Below the pieces are notes generated by a model. It did not search any database, was not told the DNA's origin, and worked only from the letters and a program-made list of their open reading frames with translations. Positions 59,711 through 64,000 of a stretch of 64,000 nucleotides of DNA are shown piece by piece. The stretch comes from Spirochaetota bacterium. GTDB taxonomy: Bacteria > Spirochaetota > UBA4802 > JAFGDQ01. Location of the stretch: contig JAZDKB010000036.1 of NCBI GenBank assembly GCA_043803405.1, positions 32,001 through 96,000 on the forward strand, given 5' to 3'. The position numbers and the translations under genes were made by a program. How positions within the stretch are numbered: the stretch's first letter is position 1; each line of letters opens with the position of its first letter.

Positions 59711-60300
59711 TGTTGCAGGTTATCATTCTATTTATAGCTGCGTATCTGGCTGGTTCTGTTAATATAGCTATTCTGCTTTTTAAAATTATCGGCAAGGAAG
59801 ATCCGCGCAGCAAATTCAGCGGCAATGCTGGAACAGTAAACATTTACCGCCAGGCAGGGCTTTTCTGGGCAGCGGTTGTATTTATACTGGATTTCAGCAA
59901 AGCAATCGGGTTATCCGCGCTTTCTTTGCATCTGTTGGAACCGGAGTTCGCGCCGCTGATCTGCTTAGGGTTGCTTCTGGGAAACAGGTTCCCGTGCTTT
60001 CATGGTTTCCGCGGAGGAAAAGGAGTAGCGAACTTTCTCGGATTTACCGCAGTTATTACGCCGATATGGGCAGGGGCAGCTGCAGCTGTGTGGGTAATTG
60101 TTTACCTGATTGTGAAGACGCCTTTTATTGCATCGCTTTCAATGACGATTCTGTTGGCTATCGGGATTATAATAGCAAATCAATATAATCAGTTCTCTGC
60201 GGTAATCAGTATCCTGATAGTATTATTTATTATTTATAATCATAAAATAAATATTACTGAATTTAAAAAGAATTTTAAAAATCAGTCCAAATCTCCATAA
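59710..60300 (+). CDS. plsY: Glycerol-3-phosphate acyltransferase PlsY family
   Basis: AYLAGS, DPR...SGNAG..N..R, LD..K, FP.F..FRGGKGVA, H..NI. Confidence 0.85.
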   Translation: MLQVIILFIAAYLAGSVNIAILLFKIIGKEDPRSKFSGNAGTVNIYRQAGLFWAAVVFILDFSKAIGLSALSLHLLEPEFAPLICLGLLLGNRFPCFHGFRGGKGVANFLGFTAVITPIWAGAAAAVWVIVYLIVKTPFIASLSMTILLAIGIIIANQYNQFSAVISILIVLFIIYNHKINITEFKKNFKNQSKSP

Positions 60301-60387
60301 CCGCAATAAGTCGGGATAATAATTATCCTGATTTATTCGCTAAGATAAGAGGTTTTGGAATGCAATAATGTTAAAGAAGAATGAGTT

Positions 60388-61779
60388 ATGAATAACAAAT
60401 TATTTATTATAATATTGATTTGTATCTTATCATTAATAACCAGCTTTGCGTATTTAGAAGAAAACACAAATGCTGAAAAACTGCCGAAAAACGCAAAATA
60501 CCTGCAGGAACCGGTGTTTAACAGTAAAATATATTTTTATGAATCAGACAACGAATTCAAAATAAATGTTATACTGGTACACGGCGTAGGCGATGACGCT
60601 TCGGATATATGGAAAGGCCTGGTCCCGGTGCTTGAAAAACAGTTTCATGTGATTTATTTTGATCTTCCGGGATTCGGAAGATCGGGAAAAGAAGATGCCC
60701 TTTATTCGCCGCAAAACTACGCAGCATTAATTAAATGGATCCGTGACCGGAACCCGGATAAACCGATGTACTTAATCGGGCACTCAATGGGCGGGGCTAT
60801 TTCGCTTTGTTATGCAGGCACATATCCACAAAGCTTACAGCGCCTCATACTTGTTGACGCAGCAGGCATTTTGCACAGAACGGCTTTTACAAAAAACCTC
60901 GCGGAAGCTAAAGTATCGGAACTGAGCAGAAATAAAATTTTCAGCGATGAACTGGATATATTAAGCCGCTTTATTGAGACCAGCTTATTAATGAACGAAA
61001 TGCAGCAGATACTTCCAAAGGATTTATCGCCTGTTCTTGAAAATTCTTTTTTAAGGCGAAAGCTTCTCAGCAGTCCGCAAAAAATAGCATCCGTATCTAT
61101 GATTTACAGTGATTTCAGCAAGCAGATTGAAAATATTAATGTTCCGTGTTTTATTATATGGGGCGGTAAAGATCCGATAGCGCCGCTAAGAACAGGCAAA
61201 ATGCTTGCCTCGAATATTCAGAACTCAAGTCTTTTTATAATGCCCGGGCTTGGCCATAACCCGATGATCGAACGTCCTGCCGAATTTAATAATCTTATCT
61301 TAAAAAGTCTAACTGCCGAATCCGTGCCAAATCAGGAAAAAAAATCACAATCTTTAAATATTAAATCCATCACACTCGACAACAGAGAAAACGTGATCAT
61401 TGAGGGTGATTATAAAGAAATTAAGATAAATAATTGCCGGAATATTTTAATAAAAAATACAAATGCCAGTGCAGTTAAAATAAAAAATTCGTGGGTTGAT
61501 ATGGAAAATATTTCTGTAAATTCCTCCGAAGTCGGCATGATTCTGGAAGAATCAATCATTGAAATTACCGGCGGTGTTATTTCCGGGGATACTGGGATTT
61601 CGGTTTCCGACAGCAAAGTCGATATCGCAGGAGTAAAAATAGAAGGGAAAAAGGCTGCAGTTTCATCAAGTTCAAAAAGCAATTCCACTATTGTTTTTTC
61701 AGTATGCAGAATCAGAAGCCCTTACAACAATAAAAATATTCATGATATTATTGAGATCACAAAGGAAAACTCATTATAA
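60388..61779 (+). CDS. Exported alpha/beta hydrolase with C-terminal beta-helix-like domain
   Basis: VHG, DLPGFG.S, GHSMGG, WG.KD, GH.P; Ile/Asn/Ser-rich repetitive tail. Confidence 0.82.
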   Translation: MNNKLFIIILICILSLITSFAYLEENTNAEKLPKNAKYLQEPVFNSKIYFYESDNEFKINVILVHGVGDDASDIWKGLVPVLEKQFHVIYFDLPGFGRSGKEDALYSPQNYAALIKWIRDRNPDKPMYLIGHSMGGAISLCYAGTYPQSLQRLILVDAAGILHRTAFTKNLAEAKVSELSRNKIFSDELDILSRFIETSLLMNEMQQILPKDLSPVLENSFLRRKLLSSPQKIASVSMIYSDFSKQIENINVPCFIIWGGKDPIAPLRTGKMLASNIQNSSLFIMPGLGHNPMIERPAEFNNLILKSLTAESVPNQEKKSQSLNIKSITLDNRENVIIEGDYKEIKINNCRNILIKNTNASAVKIKNSWVDMENISVNSSEVGMILEESIIEITGGVISGDTGISVSDSKVDIAGVKIEGKKAAVSSSSKSNSTIVFSVCRIRSPYNNKNIHDIIEITKENSL

Positions 61780-62017
61780 TAACTTTTTAGAGGATTTGTA
61801 AAAGAAAATCAGGATAGCAGGTATAATATTCAAACCTCCAAATAATATTGCTTTATGTGACAATAAAGCCCGCCTCACCATATAACACTTCCAGCTCTTT
61901 TCCTTGACAAAAAACAGTCCGGGAATACTATTGAATTACCGGCGGATTTATTGCTGATTTCATGTCCCAGATTACGTATAATGAGCAAAGCCGGCAAAAC
62001 CCTCCCGGAGAAAAACT

Positions 62018-63673
62018 ATGCTTTTAGGTATTGACGTAGGCGGAACACATACCGATGCGGTTCTTGTCGACAGCTCCGGCATTGTGTCATCCTTTAAGAC
62101 AAAGACAGAGCACGATAATCTTCTCAGATCAATTACCACTGCGCTTGAAAAAGTATCAGCCGGTATCGACAGAAAAAAGATAACCAACATAAATCTCAGT
62201 ACTACCCTGTCCACCAATGCGATAGTTGAACAGAAGCTCGAAAAGACTGGAGTATTCATATCCTCGGGACCTGGACTAAATCCTGAAAATATAATCATGG
62301 GGGATTTTACCTTTATAATACCAGGCTCTATTGATCACCGCGGAAGAGTTGTTCAGGAACTGGACAATGAAAAGCTACAGAAAGGATATGAAGCATGCCG
62401 CAAGCAGGATGTAAAAGTGTTTGCATCAGTGACGAAATTTTCAACGCGAAATGATTCACAGGAAAAAGAAATATCCGGGATGATTAAACCCGTATCGGAC
62501 TTTACAACAGAAGGGCACAGTCTTTCAAGCCAGCTAAGCTTTCCAAGAAGAGTAGCGACTGCATATTACAACTCAGCAGTCTGGAGGATATACAATAATT
62601 TTGCAGACGCGATACTGAAGAGTGTGAAAAATCTGGGGATTGATGCCCCGGTCAACATCCTCAAGGCTGACGGGGGGACCCTTCCGGTATCCATGTCCAG
62701 GGAATTCCCCGTTGAATCCATTCTGTCAGGTCCGGCAGCGAGCATAATGGGAATAATAGCGCTTTGCAATATTACGGAAGATTCGGTCATCCTCGACATC
62801 GGCGGAACAACAACCGATATCGCCGTATTTGTCTTCGGCGCCCCGCTTATAGAGAGAGACGGGATCAGCCTCGGCGGATACCCCACGCTGATAAGATCGC
62901 TTAAAAACAGATCCATCGGGATAGGCGGCGACTCTGCCATTACTGTGAAGGACGGAAAAGTCTGCGTAGGACCACACAGGTATGGGCCATGCATGGCTGA
63001 CGGCGGCAAAAGGCCTTCTTTAATCGATGCCATGAATGTCCGTGGAATTACAGAATATGGAGACAGCAAAAAATCCAGTGAAGGAATAAATAAACTCTCG
63101 GAAACCGCAGGACTTCCGGTAAAAAAGCTGGCGGAAGAAGCCGTAAATTATGCTGTTCAAAGAATCAAAGATGAAATACGGAGCATGCTCGACGAGATCA
63201 ACCAGAAACCTGTGTATACGATTCACGAAATGATAGAAGGGATAACCGTGAAGCCGAGCAGGACATATATCATCGGAGGGCCGGCGATGGCTCTTGCAAA
63301 GCTTCTCAATCACGGTACAGAGGTCACAGTGCCGGAAAATTACGAAGTTGCAAATGCCGTCGGCGCGGCTCTCGCGCGGCCGACATTTGAAGCAGAGCTT
63401 TTTGCGGATACAGGATCCGGAAAAATGATAATACCCAACATCGGTATTGAAAAAAATGTGGACATAAAATACAGCACAAAGGATGCGAAGGAAGACGCAA
63501 TACGCTATCTTATAGAATACCTGAAAAAGAAAGGACTCCGTACAGAAAGCAAAGACATCGATATAATAGAATCATCATGTTTCAGGATGATCAGTGATTT
63601 TCATTCTTCGGGCAATGACATCAGAATAAAATGCCAGATAAAGCCCGAAGTCGCTATGAAGTTACATGCATAA
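62018..63673 (+). CDS. Hydantoinase/oxoprolinase family protein
   Basis: GIDVGGTHTD, STTL.TN, SILSGPAAS, DIGGTTTD, ANAVGAA. Confidence 0.92.
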   Translation: MLLGIDVGGTHTDAVLVDSSGIVSSFKTKTEHDNLLRSITTALEKVSAGIDRKKITNINLSTTLSTNAIVEQKLEKTGVFISSGPGLNPENIIMGDFTFIIPGSIDHRGRVVQELDNEKLQKGYEACRKQDVKVFASVTKFSTRNDSQEKEISGMIKPVSDFTTEGHSLSSQLSFPRRVATAYYNSAVWRIYNNFADAILKSVKNLGIDAPVNILKADGGTLPVSMSREFPVESILSGPAASIMGIIALCNITEDSVILDIGGTTTDIAVFVFGAPLIERDGISLGGYPTLIRSLKNRSIGIGGDSAITVKDGKVCVGPHRYGPCMADGGKRPSLIDAMNVRGITEYGDSKKSSEGINKLSETAGLPVKKLAEEAVNYAVQRIKDEIRSMLDEINQKPVYTIHEMIEGITVKPSRTYIIGGPAMALAKLLNHGTEVTVPENYEVANAVGAALARPTFEAELFADTGSGKMIIPNIGIEKNVDIKYSTKDAKEDAIRYLIEYLKKKGLRTESKDIDIIESSCFRMISDFHSSGNDIRIKCQIKPEVAMKLHA

Positions 63674-63688
63674 GCAGAGGTAGCAGAA

Positions 63689-64000
63689 ATGATAAAAGCA
63701 AAAAACCGGCTCGGACTTATTTTCTTCCCTGCCTATGACTGGGCGATATCACCCACACATCCCGAAAGAGAAGAAAGACTGCTCTACACGCAGGACCAGC
63801 TGAGGGAAGAGGGTATTTTCGATATAGAAGGGATAGTGGAGCTGAAGCCTGACATAGCAAATGAAGAAGACGTGATGAGAAGCCATTTCTGCTTTCCGGA
63901 TGTCAGGAAGGTTACAACAGAATCCCATATGATTTCCGCAGGTGGAGCGATCCGTGCAGCCAGGGCAGTCCTTAGCGGAGAAGTAGACAAAGCATTTGCG
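63689..64000 (+). CDS. Histone-deacetylase-family protein (truncated by the window end)
   Basis: Manual translation MIKAKNRLGLIFFPAYDWAISPTHPEREERLLYTQDQ... with the HPE...RL motif. Confidence 0.75.
   Translation, partial: MIKAKNRLGLIFFPAYDWAISPTHPEREERLLYTQDQLREEGIFDIEGIVELKPDIANEEDVMRSHFCFPDVRKVTTESHMISAGGAIRAARAVLSGEVDKAFA

Noticed and set aside
48205..61779. Firm call as a ladderane or aryl polyene cluster
   Set aside because: Gene content only partly overlaps those clusters, and the product cannot be inferred from sequence.

Overview
Bacterial chromosomal window, probably from an anaerobic Spirochaetota-like organism. That is inferred from spirochete-type lipoboxes, a FecR/class III cyclase locus and an OmpA-FlgD-repeat protein, and is not verified. 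Left end: a truncated Ser/Thr-kinase-like/AAA-ATPase protein with dead kinase motifs, a cyclase-FecR/FN3-outer-membrane-barrel operon and two Ig-repeat surface proteins. Middle: valS, an OmpA protein, a TetR-TolC-HlyD-ABC efflux operon, panE, sugar-nucleotide/ligase genes, MoxR-DUF58, an MNT-HEPN pair, cysteine synthase and an [FeFe]-hydrogenase-like chemoreceptor. Right: a membrane LuxR regulator divergent from a ~13.5 kb lipid biosynthetic cluster (FAD oxidoreductase, B12 radical SAM, deacetylase, dehydratase, ACP, two more radical SAMs, two ketosynthases, thioesterase, DH-PPTase fusion, PlsY, hydrolase), preceded by a 6 x 22-bp dyad array. I saw no rRNA, tRNA, CRISPR or transposase, but several REP/MITE-like intergenic elements. 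Best candidates for undescribed systems: the three-radical-SAM lipid cluster and the trans-envelope cyclase module with a pseudo-phosphatase domain. All family calls come from manual motif recognition; no searches were run.
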